A stretch of DNA of 64,000 nucleotides from positions 1,255 to 65,254 of the forward strand of contig SHMU01000001.1 of NCBI GenBank assembly GCA_008080765.1, given 5' to 3'. The stretch comes from Promethearchaeota archaeon (GTDB lineage Archaea; Asgardarchaeota; Lokiarchaeia; Sigyniarchaeales; SOKP01). The position numbers and the translations under genes are program-made. Of the stretch, positions 34,801 to 41,900 are shown piece by piece (the stretch's first letter is position 1; each line of letters opens with the position of its first letter). The notes below the pieces were generated by a model. The model was not told the DNA's origin, did no database searches, and saw only the letters and a program-made list of their open reading frames with translations.

Positions 34801-35946
34801 GCCAGCGAATTAGAGGCGACGGGGCGCAATATTTTTGATGGCTCTTATCAATATACCGCGGCTGTACAATTTGTAAGCCCCAGCGGTTCTTTGATCGCCA
34901 ATCCTGAAAGTCCCTATGGCTCTTCTATGTTTTATTTTGATATCGAAGAGACTTTGGGAGGAGGAAAGATTACTATTTCCAATATAACCATGCTCTATCT
35001 TATTTCTCAAATTGGAATGGGTATGGCAACGATTAAAGCAGAAATCCTGGGCTCTCCTTATTATAAATCAAGCCCTCTTTTTAACATCCCGCTTGAATTT
35101 GTATTAGATAATAATATTAAGATAGGGGAGAAAAGTCTTGCCGTGGATCTCATTGATCCTTTTATCGCGGCATGGGGATCTGTATTTGATTCTGAGGGAC
35201 AAGAGATGCCCTTTGAATCTAATTATCCTTGGATTAAAGGTTCTGTGTGGATTGAGCCCGATTTCTTAGGAGAAGGAGAGGATTATGAACGAAGCATTCA
35301 GGACTATTTAGAGATTAATTTAGATGCCACCTTATATTATAACGAGACTTCCAATAGTACCTTCCCCTTGAGAAGTGGTATCATGCTCCGTCCCGGAAAT
35401 CGCGATGGCGTCTTTACTTTCGAGGTACCTTTAGGACCGGAAGAGTCATATATGTTTGGCTATAGATGTGATCTGAACCTCAGCTTTAGCATTGACTTTA
35501 GCAAGGATGTGATTTATTATCAAGAACGTGATGTAGAGATGTATCTTCTAGATTTGCGCTTAGAATCTAACCCTAGTTCTGTCAATCCGAAAACGCATTG
35601 GTCATTATATTCTCACGGAATTGAACCAGGAATAATAACCGATCCCTTCCTTAACATGCCTTTTGAGGTGAAAATGAGCGAGGGCTTCTCAAGCGATACA
35701 GGATTTCTTACTTTAGGGGCTGATACGGGTACTTCTGAGGATACCTATGGACAGCAGTTAGATTATCAATATAATGAGGAAAATAGTTGTTATGGAATTC
35801 AGAACATCTCAGAACAATTTGATACCGATCTCTTAGGACTTATCGATATTACACCAATTAAAGTTATCGGTATGAAAGACGGCAGAGAGTATGAATTCAT
35901 ATACGGAAGCGATTGGATTTTATGTAATCCTCCTGAAAGTTCCTAG
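16825..35946 (+). CDS. giant ORF 1 (6373 aa as called): mosaic surface-protein-like ORF; start uncertain
   Basis: Uninterrupted frame in AT-rich DNA. The called start is a TTG with no SD. The frame stays open and protein-like back to the stop at 16582..16584. No signal peptide. Recurrent Ig-like D-x-AGN motifs (18220..18240, 19225..19245, 30859..30879), two LamG domains and many N-x-S/T sequons. Confidence 0.8.
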   Translation: MDENNYIDINPRIFPFDNDLTHIIITTDYESFILDTKYISSGKTYFSDHENNIKINSIYYDIFSGEFTSIPLTVSLYQGDTLLSSNYFTLTATGVTFNDIIMVSNLSAVPDTTFPNNNIFMSFDTGADSYTNAHNIPYIVNSLYPTVEITNEYGEVIDTVILKPNSNGSRIELYSSINIAHNYFELPMPSSLLAGEELCDISYIEIAGIAYDFIYYVDDTSIIIKLATLDELTGPFDVNIEYSYSNSYLDNNQFVGSYDFQNLPQNYYTLTGTFYDISGAISEFTIPTLLCDYQPPVIFRQFDELISINPKYASISFYIHDASPIAGWWFAEQVDGIWTEQNNTYTFTFNDTSFTDGLYSFTLRANDTLGYSSSSTFSVYLDSETPIMTNFENHFEYFSGLYHCQVSVEDDSAVRVVLDHAINLETLEHYNITFSVFKLEGENTWDITFDTTQLPDGPYNLTLAIIDDAGNELVYVIADRVFDNSAPQLLDLYDEVYIEGELLYSSDLDDIVYFNDQKYLFLEAVDNIYGENITVEMHYSSPLELYSMQIEGSLDYNILSYKIIGYGSIYTEISQIIDIERLYIDGTDVAFTIDRTDEDFYIEISEDYQYLLTSENSESITGDLYIYRESIPLNYNTSKELWELTTPTQSYFNISEHMSIQFGDTFLFWYSLEDGVENRLLTSRYTGVYDNYMGLIDPDASFMLFPFANIDNEGILIFGADNALYHTVFLNLSHIVPSSSQTLDVARAYLYGSNTAEFSTVMPLGQAYQYYDDIWACAWNINDWDEGQIPSDIYYLKVLLVDNAGNYLSQINLTHIFNYEHIELISDVVFGDIFEFDANSPFNVYELTGAINTANNTELMSVICSYYSATQNQWIPIQTTSSELTVAGEYSTFNITWDMNYDYSFLNTLYTQSYAYLPMRIVNPFEIDTVWGSWGVFTDASYTESQPILLINNSGALDIQIFTFDPASGWLLNTTLSTVIDSISYSESDSYRVFDINHDGISEIIRLTPSSLDLMYYNHSSGWTIQENVTNTAPTDILLTYDLFYDESLGTTSCIVAYEHDSEYYLARYQINATIDEQIIIDTTYVSSYECEKMPTSVAFVENFNYASGIEIIVSKLDTGTYHSEVLKFNYDLSSSEPLYQNILGRIILIEHHLIDGYHTLFLGTDRYRIGKRDTVFALKYDFAMNAYVRYEITEIDATQLELIDIMAMKTETLDSLIMATDSGLFETIIDYTTDTDTIYDPCSFNTEIFSKTQLNIMGPALNPIIDVEFSPISDIISISYDLDNGYGWQPLGSEYYYYSPYSIKLLLSALWNELERVKIVYNYRTGVAEETQVFDPSFTVHEGFSDSTDISASSVFIHDYPSELVWLNPTTGYSDENAEWITLETEWYDRGLNYRMQPVRGEFEWLTESQYPRVRPEVYQTATLPLDASDEANISEIVPAIGEIIAVYGLTYSADQTLESNTLQKYPVFQWDIIESGQVISLERCPKKSLFENITINYLPSVNLYPVGDEYYFDNFTHNGIEYTNPYYMSNLQDDLTDYGTYIHPEQDLAYELVRDAFGIHVNFTDEGDPIGIPYGAMSYATVDDTPQSAIGITDYLLYQYEIMDEATPLLGGTLNISMNAGFNDIYYAELSQMALDYYNITITLFTLDENGQRTFIHSIEQEIDHSTLGFSSKDFIIHINEHTFTTQQLSLIKEALTRNSGNNLLVEVTTELDNVRVNAPSFKGHFAQEILSASFEAETLSTNMQYNGYTPQNTYLEIPHSNVRLTRINTSTYEFSDDVLKYDFKFVINHLYGYDLEISPDDYIFDASTNKITLTHEWTDFYGIITANITYLAFPWDYNYISTLEPMTFSFTGDFIENATQFLEIEVEYAPDGIPAYQFRDFDTQGRLTLYDESRSANMLEIYLYNYRTEMWERKECVVYSDYTGEMGNRKPTYSYIFDRNFIRFEDYFNEYSSQYELQALFIVNQEAKSSYYSEFSMDIVNITPRLYSHVPQSQCVLSPELEFSVDVSEFYDRSSVALYLEQLSLDLTYLSELTFLNNEIAEQHALIRDITHLYVKDLTGQYQELNMSAGIHFASDELESLIIHDYDAKTYYMQFKLRTQYSVLLYMNVGTNLQIQSLLQLVSYDLTTSSSSFTTKRISASEYNIPFELKEISMPNYAESDSGSEITLLDADSDADIGLINGFMRTAETKQRLMLKHSLHYNFTEAQFDMDIVLDDVYSDVRLNLLSPIGQLFEPQEKYISTEETFSVYTDSEVSLVELYYINETGHHILVSEMASSEDTTYYSYLWSAIDQDTELEDGRELTIKIYLEDQLGHSNEYYYTFITKFEDPTGEISVGVGSADYSQTPVNPFTSLSFENTEKQLIAYWPFDEDAGELIYEALSGDSSTLYNGDESVWAEGLSASCLHLDGIDDYVKINHNPHSEFGSEPFSISFWINPDSTDEGTIFDSTGVHIFFNQPNLTVHLTDIHEDLVDISVNQLIKTNVWSHVIITFNGSDIKIYIDRHETDAEITGNINALGILQTGITDIIGRYFSGSIDELMLFDFALNTEEIDYLFYQNEEGGVFSEANWWKSTYAFESWESLPQEVNIEPDSGTLTQEGDYSTLGYPSIFDSTLIEYTGPAERWIPDLSTTHDYYSYVTYPDYESMTPLFDSLSGITLYAQFPTATISESDWGSWNVASNSQFTSSGYDYNFNSFFNEQNSYDTITPIDGSSLDPSKLFSLDEEFSGIDSQSLTPHLITIDDMFTNSELYYRPDYFSHQYYLNPYEFDGSEYNRYDDNIEMVNAFPTYDIYEQFNPSEWIISANNSYITNSLDQGVDHTNLSSILNKIYPQSIDTNRAGFPDDENNDINFINYDVVNSFLRIQRDAYETQNKPHSHVFLYSGLHILSAINQIVQSSDGNPPWNVDKGDGYRGINQLAGQIGGSPMSQDFDYYTIDIDSADGQYGEYGYSDYSVLDRLYISSRHATGWVHDIFAGIRYGKDSIGTITIQKDDHTAYTHSNYFIGGNTHLNYQGRSELITENLEDLVRDDGNVLISVENYLNANYEWFGIYLWTVAWLMHKLDQLIVKPRYIADEDVNAHFTFDPAITQDKKFILAFNYDAGLQYLESYNQEDYDLKTNSAYLMNGDDIFKELKLEGGFDGENFEKVAMPIYNPNLWIDFREAYTIDNVDLDYFFLVRNETTPDVEAAFSRNIGNEETDGFFDTFNALSDTYEQDYEITLEFEYEYKPNPELDRVDSDNTWGLNSYTNVSVDGQEPIQLQVSESAGQSFIFRKTFNYTWNGNGIDIDFLLSNTQLKIENLNYSIQFIGRKKDTTEDTRILGQEFFYDCNGHDNITDLISDELDVDYIKDNGRFSLRINLSLYAEYVPLYEYRPTLNISLDIYADGQWRNNIYNITYYNYGGKDLAKFNIRDLMDNNGYTTFEDYRVHFYTSGDGTSLTIHNVTLIDYGDFLEPHTPYDDIFYSEDTPLQWNLYLDDMQDTIIEEDRFLLGDAYIYNMQPIQNYGTSSQMLFGKYWNEYSDSTYIDGSYHNYWYSDPNIDNHGRGYDTLFNSYYMKSYYDKGALFTSNADVAHRRVVKINTNIELYGEDNVHNYHVPFSWRVYNIIGQLPDQYSADTVRIYNDEQEEYETLIEDNYDSSAFRTINIEDEVDHPITEYINEKGEMYIYILHWGRTIQTAWYKREWEGRIDISDYDSSITYDYWDNPENYYSYLQMDKSSDYFSDVFLDTPELYLYSSNPNVIYDSPTEFQVFSTDPFYEDTITWTNRPSMGNLLMSSSYSYSPEQEYLVELGDYDGEYVLINHTVPSYSHQLGAFYTRESAINQPYSRQYISKFYQNEKHAYLQTDESEELKMRTSVLDSPLTINPGSYFIIDCQARTDNIYLDLIFDDGQGTPSTQATLTVLDQNTNYQNQSIKVFYEGTEDLTFNVFQIRSTMDDKDYIKVYALRVSNPHEFESLETDYTSKLDQSFRIYLSEITDNDFIETLTLYYAFKLEIDVGEGVGDAGSHTIENFALMIKDFTTDQFIPFNTTPNRGNFSLNTLNIEDPNYSPYLSKDEEGYYLEFKAQGELKYYCKDFSLLLDVFRANYTWKRIDGPDARASFTKAFDIDGFLNAFDNETFAEFLRKYDLHITFDYIYTIADPDYEGFANISLNKYGVNAEISDISGSGHYDYITEFNSEFYNNFSINFTLQNGNLSISNLQIMATFKAIDGAYGLDDHRILEQNFTIDPDLSLDEIERTLGLLWMDLNFSLQVDENEYLQYRTPHNLTLLPKVCIDGIWYIIGTYHYDSDIESLSVRFNISEFMKDHNLLDGEIEDIKIEMIVSGNSTTCVLSEFVLYEQLPVEPANLNFTMIIPFRNHEHYIKELWYSYKAAFDQPINLSIWNYDTQQWEVLTKESYKENYTIITEAYYGITNEVRIKVSAESYRRYFMDQPFTLAVDLMKLIEYDTLEMSIPEITIPYENDFTFSGWVYLNNSISDMISTLYGEYTSIGSIHDVINYVGISSEGAIVFDKCNLADGDNVTSISGVIPIGEWTHIVVIQKANTVVFYVNDEYLGTGSFSNEYNGFTPDKMNIGSALQDNSQGRYRINGSVKDVRLYNYTIAREDIRWLYNFGKGQVTTLQYRLPQPRTFVPKEYLKVIDLVSGYTSAWIEFHSSQISQFTDLYALGIEDLPKQFQLCYKVVDYAGNTIINTTYNGMFTDIMFEKNTTLQWQDDDTLIDLGSINEQERTLNFTGEFGGEDVDITINGFSFGTAQFDEQTQSYSLSFGTENSIDTLIGYSDSLLSPKIFSNINPYNYENVAWEIRGQDFFGAIKHVLIEGDLEIVNPLTFNDTKELELQHLYDRGFILRNFVRMQQVYYINITTAQKHIISVGDFYPDRDGTIYFPEHSQIHELYSHIDEIEGGVVYFNYQSSPFAESLHKTNADGFYIRIAIPDIPELYEKHTTVQKLAIKFNDATGECFARTYYDLDLRPYFLEGVREQYQQTIFGMGRMLSIPLYLDMNELAFSAPDAYWDLSILDSISITVSDHYQWPGSFMEVHGDSSVLNLPYQKIAIQDIKLYNLLADNVIEDEQGYITSEIQVEAPNYYGYYAQDTIKIKREEIQLTDLTLLINNEEVSDSWEIQYSDYMELYFTYNGQDDRIPLEEIYHIPLSLYDADSAQKYEYAVADLHWISKMDLTSPQGYLTNYYYSKFKAPDDLGTFNLSFSSIGLPIYNIVIPNAPSYEVTVIPEALHKNTPIYLEKENLRVEYDNELILKGCVLSDDEIYEVDRVLQYKYEEALDGEASYTLDLEVPYDSSNFMDKQHFALYYLNKKLEKVPLYVNLDDVYFVNASILNTASIPEIRYVNHQYTLLIYWNTASKHFIDYDAKLLLTYKRNGNPIIPLSYSSLDSLGNDLFSSLIEVPFVRYDLLNKQWLSEDDFEEKYTLTTKLEHTVLFQESGIIEGIAFNISNQLITSDIVRFQHAYVNHSNGFIEPLSEDNYTVSIDPEGRLHFTYHNYSVGDTITVGYHTYIPIQLQHSLTSSNSYLYSMRMYSNNMSYYIEFTPDDYVLSQDGYVLYFTNLSKILSNDSFTIYDPIFINYHAPLSRKVDLGNNLLLMTQDSLGHYLPIDNIPLDSLGFFEYVNTFSMEQLSLPMFGETYVNMRLDYLPTTIYNKLAQDYDPVNYIFKGRKRYAHKEGEWTNDFRIITIPKQVRLTLVEDPTQPTVIFQDHTEDKHYQFNRNPMETLEEGEEYTALQMDLSAKKTYMFKYQLVDTFDKPIINSIVWLQIGFMPKSATQFLNPRAIIEDGTSIYYESLGTELYTSRGPGEGVHKMYGAPTLFDLAEPQGEFTQYGPYVWTYCKTNAFGIAEFDISFDQHFVEDFNTIFGQEHAIESVDDIVLYHRAFSSYFKWDEMVMDPTTLICSESTSNEVYNGENRLENYNFTDLAIQDSTAAEGIIRIRKRDIVAAPANRLSYKFNLNQTSFDPLSFTIFASEADLIPTPQGTTINSLTALHSASELEATGRNIFDGSYQYTAAVQFVSPSGSLIANPESPYGSSMFYFDIEETLGGGKITISNITMLYLISQIGMGMATIKAEILGSPYYKSSPLFNIPLEFVLDNNIKIGEKSLAVDLIDPFIAAWGSVFDSEGQEMPFESNYPWIKGSVWIEPDFLGEGEDYERSIQDYLEINLDATLYYNETSNSTFPLRSGIMLRPGNRDGVFTFEVPLGPEESYMFGYRCDLNLSFSIDFSKDVIYYQERDVEMYLLDLRLESNPSSVNPKTHWSLYSHGIEPGIITDPFLNMPFEVKMSEGFSSDTGFLTLGADTGTSEDTYGQQLDYQYNEENSCYGIQNISEQFDTDLLGLIDITPIKVIGMKDGREYEFIYGSDWILCNPPESS
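23917..24498 (+). other. LamG / concanavalin-A-like lectin domain 1
   Basis: LIAYWPFDEDAG ... LHLDGIDDYVKI ... PFSISFWINP ... VWSHVIITFNGSDIKIYIDR ... GRYFSGSIDELMLFDFALNTEEIDYLF. Classic Laminin_G_3 pattern. Confidence 0.7.
26383..27175 (+). repeat. protein-level duplicated module, copy 1 (~260 aa)
   Basis: AAFSRNIGNEETDGFFDTFNALSDTYEQDYEITLEFEYEY ... LTIHNVTLIDY aligns by eye with copy 2 (ASFTKAFDIDGFLNAFDNETFAEFLRKYDLHITFDYIYTI ... CVLSEFVLYE). Confidence 0.6.
27292..28133 (+). other. possible DNRLRE/CBM96-like domain with large insertions
   Basis: Opens with GDAYIYNMQPIQNYGTSSQMLFG and closes with ELYLYSS...QVFSTDPFYEDTITWTNRP. This is the D-x-y-v...NYG...l.v / W.e..iTWnNrP pattern of that family. 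The spacing is much longer than usual. Confidence 0.3.
29113..29845 (+). repeat. protein-level duplicated module, copy 2 (~245 aa)
   Basis: See copy 1. Shared blocks include SNTQLKIENLNYSIQF / QNGNLSISNLQIMATF, RILGQEFFYD / RILEQNFTID and DGQWRNNIYNITYYNY / DGIWYIIGTYHYDSD. Confidence 0.6.
30181..30651 (+). other. LamG / concanavalin-A-like lectin domain 2
   Basis: ITIPYENDFTFSGWVYLNN ... GEWTHIVVIQKANTVVFYVNDEYLG ... INGSVKDVRLYNYTIAREDIRWLYNF. Confidence 0.6.
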
Positions 35947-35997
35947 GAGGAACGCTCTGTAATTCAGTTTACGGAAAATGGCAATAACCCCGATAGC

Positions 35998-38900
35998 ATG
36001 ACGGAATTCACAGTCTATTACCTCCTTGAGTTCGATTTTTCAGGACATCACTACGGTATTGTAGAGTTTGGAAATACATCTATGCTCAATGAGACTTCAA
36101 TTCAATTTGAACTGCCTTTTGGATTCCTTCCTAATATTAGTGACTCCCGAGCGCCCTTGTATACTCAATTTAGCGAACAATTTTCGCCAGATGGAGATAC
36201 GTATCGACTTCATTATGGTCTATACGGAAGTAATGATCCTGATAGTATTATAATCTATAATCTAGACCAGTTAGAAGAACAATTTAAATCAGAAATCGAT
36301 GTTCTCTTCTCGGACGAGACTAATGAAGAGTATTATGAGATTGATGTTGTTTTTACCACTCCTCCAAATGAACCGTTTACCCTCAGCTACGGATTAAAGT
36401 CCGAATATTCCTTAGGTGCGGGCTTTCAAAAGATTGGAGAGCCTTACTCTGAAAGTACTCGGCTTATCTATACTGAAGAAGAGGCAGGACAGTCTAAGAT
36501 TTTTACAGATACCACTAATATTTTATCACCTTATTCCTTCTCTGAATCGGCATTATATATTTCATTAGATAAGCAAGATAATAAAGAGACCACTCTAACA
36601 ATTTTTGATGTGCCTTTGCTTTATTCTCCCTCTATTAATTTAACCTTTATTATAGATGAGTTAGGCAAGACAATGATCGACCAATATACCTCATTAGAGA
36701 ACATATTGACTATTGATTTTACATATATGGATTCCAATGAATTATACGAGTTTTCCTCACCCTCATTAGAATTGCAGTTAACACCTTCTCAGCTCAGCTC
36801 ATACGAACAAGGGAATTCTTATATTATCACATATGAACAAGACCTTCAAGCGCTTTATGAAATCTTGGGGATGGACAATATTGATATCTCAATTACAATC
36901 TCACAAGAAGGCGATGTAAATAATTTACCTTATCTCCTTATGACACAATACGGCTATCTAACCGATGAGTATATTATTGAGACTCATGATAGTATGCCTC
37001 TTGATGAGAATGGAGAGCCTGATTATGCGGCAATTACTACCACTCCACACTTTTATCAGATTACCTCTCAAGACCTTACAGAAGCACCATTCAATCTACT
37101 TAGCGACTCGCAGATCACTGTAGCACTTACCAATCTTTCTGAGACGGAATTAGTATCATTGAACAGCGATAACGGAAAAATTGATTTTATCTCACATGGA
37201 ACTAAGAAAACGTTTACCCTTTCCGAACAACAAGGGAATGCCGTACCGAATTTAGCATTATTTATCAACTGTTATGATATAGATATGCCGCAATATCAGG
37301 ACGGTTATTTAGATTTATATTATGGAAGTGGTACGGAAGTTGAAGGTGAAAAGCGCTCTACAAGCACCATAAGCATGACCGCAATTGGTACATGGCTTAA
37401 CTATCGTGCCAAGGTAGAGGATAATGTTATTTTGGGCTGGGACTCAACCTATGATTTTACGGACAAATTTTTAACAACGGATCGGATTACCGTATCGGGT
37501 AAAGTCTTTTATCACGCATTAGCAAATCTTTCTGAGAGCTCCGACGAATATCTTAATAAAATTCAAATGAAAGAGATTTTTGATAGTTATACCCGTGAAA
37601 TAGAATTCGGAATTCCCCTCCCCGAGCAATATGATATTGCAGATATTAGGGCAGTTGGACATCCGTATGAATATCATCTTAGCATCCAAGGATTTCCCGT
37701 AGAGTCTACGGATGAATATATGCAATATCTTGAAGCAGATGATCATGACAATTTCCCTGAGGATGAGTTTAACCAACCTACAAATCGTCTGCCTGACATC
37801 GATTTAGAGACGGGCAAGCTAAATTATGAGGTAGCAATTGACGAGAATGATTCTGCCTATCTTCTATTCTTTGTTCCGCTTACTACTATCTATGATTTAG
37901 GACTTTTAGATGGAAACGGTGATATCATGATCGATTTTCACGCTCATCAGACCTTTAGAGACGGGCAAGATTATTATATAAAAGAAAATTACGAAATTGA
38001 TGGTAATAATTATATCGAATGGGATTATACCTTAGTTTCAGGACATCCTTTTAAATTTCATCCTGATTTCAATGAAAATCATTACTTTACTGTAGAATAT
38101 TCAGCGTTAGAATGGAGTATTATGAAACAAATGTATATACACTATAAAACCGATTCATTCGTTTATCAACCCGAGACATTCCAAAATGTATCACTCTTTT
38201 ATCCGGGTGATGCCTCCATCGAAACTTTTGGGGTACGTAATACTATTCCCGAAGATCAACTTTTAGACGGTCATATCTTATTCCCAAGCGTTTATGTACT
38301 CACAGAGACTGATGAAAATAGTGATGAATATGAAGTACGACAGCTAAAAAATACTGCTATAGACTCAAAGCTTGTATATAAAACGCCCGATCCTTCCGAG
38401 CCGTGGAATTATACAATTGATTTTGAACAGATTGCTATCGCTTTAGCAGCGCAATATCCTGGAGAGCATTTGGTCAATCCCAGCTTTTTATCTGTGGAAG
38501 CGCATTATTATTCCGATCAATGGAGATATGAGCTTTCCAGCACACCGTTCAATTACGAATATCTTGAAAAAGATAGTAATTATCATCTAAAGCTTACTAT
38601 TAAAAATCCGGACGGTATTATTATCGATGAGAGATATTCCAATGAGACTGAAGAAATAGGACTAAATTATCATACTCAGGGGTTTGATACCTATGTGCAA
38701 GCTATTAGCAGTAATTATATTTACTTTAAAGAGGGTGTAATTGATAAAAACTCTACCATCGAGATTTCCTATCATTATAAGCTGCAACCCGGCTTACAAG
38801 AAAGAAAGCATTTTCTTATCTCAACGACTCCTTATACACAAGCTTTCAATACGGAATACTTACCAGGAGCTTCTAATAGTTCCAGTGCTATTTATAGAGA

Positions 38901-41900
38901 ACGCTACCGCAAACTAAGCGGAGGGTCGATAATAGCACCCTTCGATTATATGCTTTCCATCAATGAAACCTATAGTCTTTATCTTTCCTATCGTCTTAAT
39001 CAGCGAGACTATTTCCAGCATGAATATACAACCTCAGAAGGCGATTTAACGGGACTTGAGGGGTATCGTAAATTTGGGCTTCTCGATAGAAATCTACGGG
39101 ATACAGGTTTAGTGCGATTTGCGAAGGGGGCGGAAAAAGAATGTGTGAAAGTATATTTCTATAATTATCGTACTGATTTAGATTCGACATTCACCTCTAA
39201 AAAATATCCCTATATCGGGCTTTCTGAAGAGCAACAGATGCAACCGGTATACGGTACCACTCCTAAAATAGCTTTCTTAGATCCTTCTTTATATGAAGTA
39301 GATTCTCAGATGGTAGCAGTAAGTATTAAACAAGAAGCATTAGAATTAATCGAGCGAATGAATCCAAAAGACGATAAATTCTATATATCCTTTGTGCCTC
39401 AACCGCTTGATCTTGAATTATTAGCTTACAAGTTTCAATATCTCACTTCAGGAGATATTTTAGACTCATTAGACGTTCTTCATTGGGATGTACCAGAAAA
39501 GGACGATTTGGATGTATATCCCAATTTAGATGCTTATTATTATAAAGATAAAGAACTTTCCTCGATCGAACGAGTGGTATGTCATGCTTCTGAGCTTTCC
39601 ATATATCTGGAAGACGGACACTCTTTAGAGTTTGATGTAGAAGCCGAATTGCAAGCATACGATCCTGAGTTATTGAGTAAAATCCACGAAGGAAAATATG
39701 CTTCGATATTTATAAAAACTAATATTGAGAATTTAGAGAGCTTGGAGTCTTTACAAATACAACTTATTGATAAAGACGGGAATATATTAAACGATTATAC
39801 TCAGATAATATCTACGGAAGAGATTGATCTTAATGATTTTGAGTTACATATTAACTTACCTTCCTACGCAGATAACAAGTTAAAAATTATTAAATTCATT
39901 CCTATATTCCGCACTGACGATATTTATTCGTTAGAAAATAAAGTAGGTATATCTCAGTACGATCTAATTAAATGGGATGAAGAAGATGTGATAACTAATG
40001 AAACTTATCCATTCATGTTCTTTACATTAGAGACCAATCTTCAAATTAATGCTTCTCACGCGGGACGTGAATTTGCATATCTATTTAACAACAGATTAGA
40101 ACGTATTTATTTCCCAGAAGGAGTCTCCATCGAGTATACTAAAATATTCGATGATGATGGTAATCTTCTTCAATATGCATTAAAAATTCCGAAGGAGCAT
40201 ATTGATCCTCTAACAGGAGAAAATGCAACCTTCAGCAATGAAGATCTGCTTTTCTTGAAATATTATTCACCGGTGGAGCGTGCTATATCCTTAGGTATTG
40301 GGAAAATATATTTTGAACGAGCATTTGAAAATAATGAAAAATCGGAGTTCATGATGGTAAACGCCGAAAATCAGAATTACTTCTCTCAATTCGCCGAAAA
40401 TAACTTTGGCAGTGAAAATTACTGGTACGAGCAAGAGCTTCAAATCACTCCGTTCGATACGGAGCATACAGGAACCTTTAAGACCGCAAAATTGGATATT
40501 AATCTAAGTGCCTTAGAGGATGATGCCATTGACGGAAAAGTGCCCTTTAGCCATATTCTATTCACGGTGCCTCATCCATTATATGAACTGACTATTAACG
40601 AGATTCTCATCTTAAATCCCTCTCAAACTCACACTACCGAACACGGATCTACTTCGAGTAGATTATGGCAATATTCTGAAATTCAAGCATTTGCCGCAGG
40701 TAGTGACCCCGCTTACGATGAATATAAATTTAATTTTACTCAATCAGTTCCATTATTCTATAATGAATCGGATCCCGCCCAAGAATGGCTCAATTACATT
40801 AGAATTTTTGATGAGGATCAGAATTATTACTCGGTAGGGTTATTTGGTGATCAATATCAACTTCATTACGACCAAGAAAATAAATCGTTCTCGTGGAACC
40901 CCACTTTCAATCAATATCCTGTCTATTATGGCATGCAATTTGAAGAAGAATTGATGATCGATCCCAATCATACCCTTTATATCGAATATTGCTCCAATGA
41001 GTCGTGGAAAGAACCAATAGTTATTGAGGATGAAAATGTGGATCTTACTTCCATCTGGACCATCTACGATTTTATCCATACCTTACGCCCGCAATATTAC
41101 AATTGGTTTATTGACGAGCTCGGCTATGAAGATAATGAGTATTCATTAATGGATGATATTGATTATAATGTCACGCAATACCTCACCGAACAATTTACGG
41201 TGTATGATAACATTACAGAATATACTCATCAGTTCGATATAGGCAATTATTCCTTTACGGAAGATTATTTGAACTTAAGCCTCTCCCATGTAGTAGCGAT
41301 TACACCCGATTTTGAACAGATTCTTTTAAGCGATAATGAGAATTATACGATTACCTTTAATGCGGAAGGGAAGAATATCACCATCGAATCACTTCATCCT
41401 TATTCATATTTGAACGAATTTGATACAATTTCCGTGGTTCTTAACTTTAGCAGAGGTCCTATTAATTCGTTTACAGAACTGTACTTGACGGAAGACTTCT
41501 TTACGTCTCAACTCAACTATAGTGATGATCTCACTTCTACCTTTTATGACACCATCAATATCTATTATGAGACATTCTCTCAAGGATTTGACGGGGAAAT
41601 ATTATTCATGGAGAGCTCCTCTATTATCACCAGCGAGGATACTCTCTTTACTCCCATTAGCTACAGCTCGTTTAATGCTATTACTGATCAGCGATGGGTG
41701 TTAATGAATTATTATTCAGGAAATTTTGATAATTTCAAACTTTATTATGATGATTCTTCCATTTTCTATCAAGCGGATATCGATCAAGACGGTAAAATTG
41801 ACTTTAAGCATACACTCGATATTGATCGGGACGGAAAAATGGATATCATTCGCTATGGAGAAGAATCAAATAATGGGGAAATTATCTGGTATACGATTAT

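Noticed and set aside
35944-35946. In-frame TAG in the giant frame as evidence for pyrrolysine or genome-wide amber recoding
   Set aside because: TAG is used as an ordinary terminator by at least three well-supported genes in this window: etfB at 54606..54608, the SDR at 61068..61070 and the dolichol-kinase-like gene at 4184..4186. No pylS/pylBCD-like gene or tRNA is visible here. Other broken genes carry in-frame TAA as well. Site-specific readthrough cannot be excluded, but recoding is not supported.
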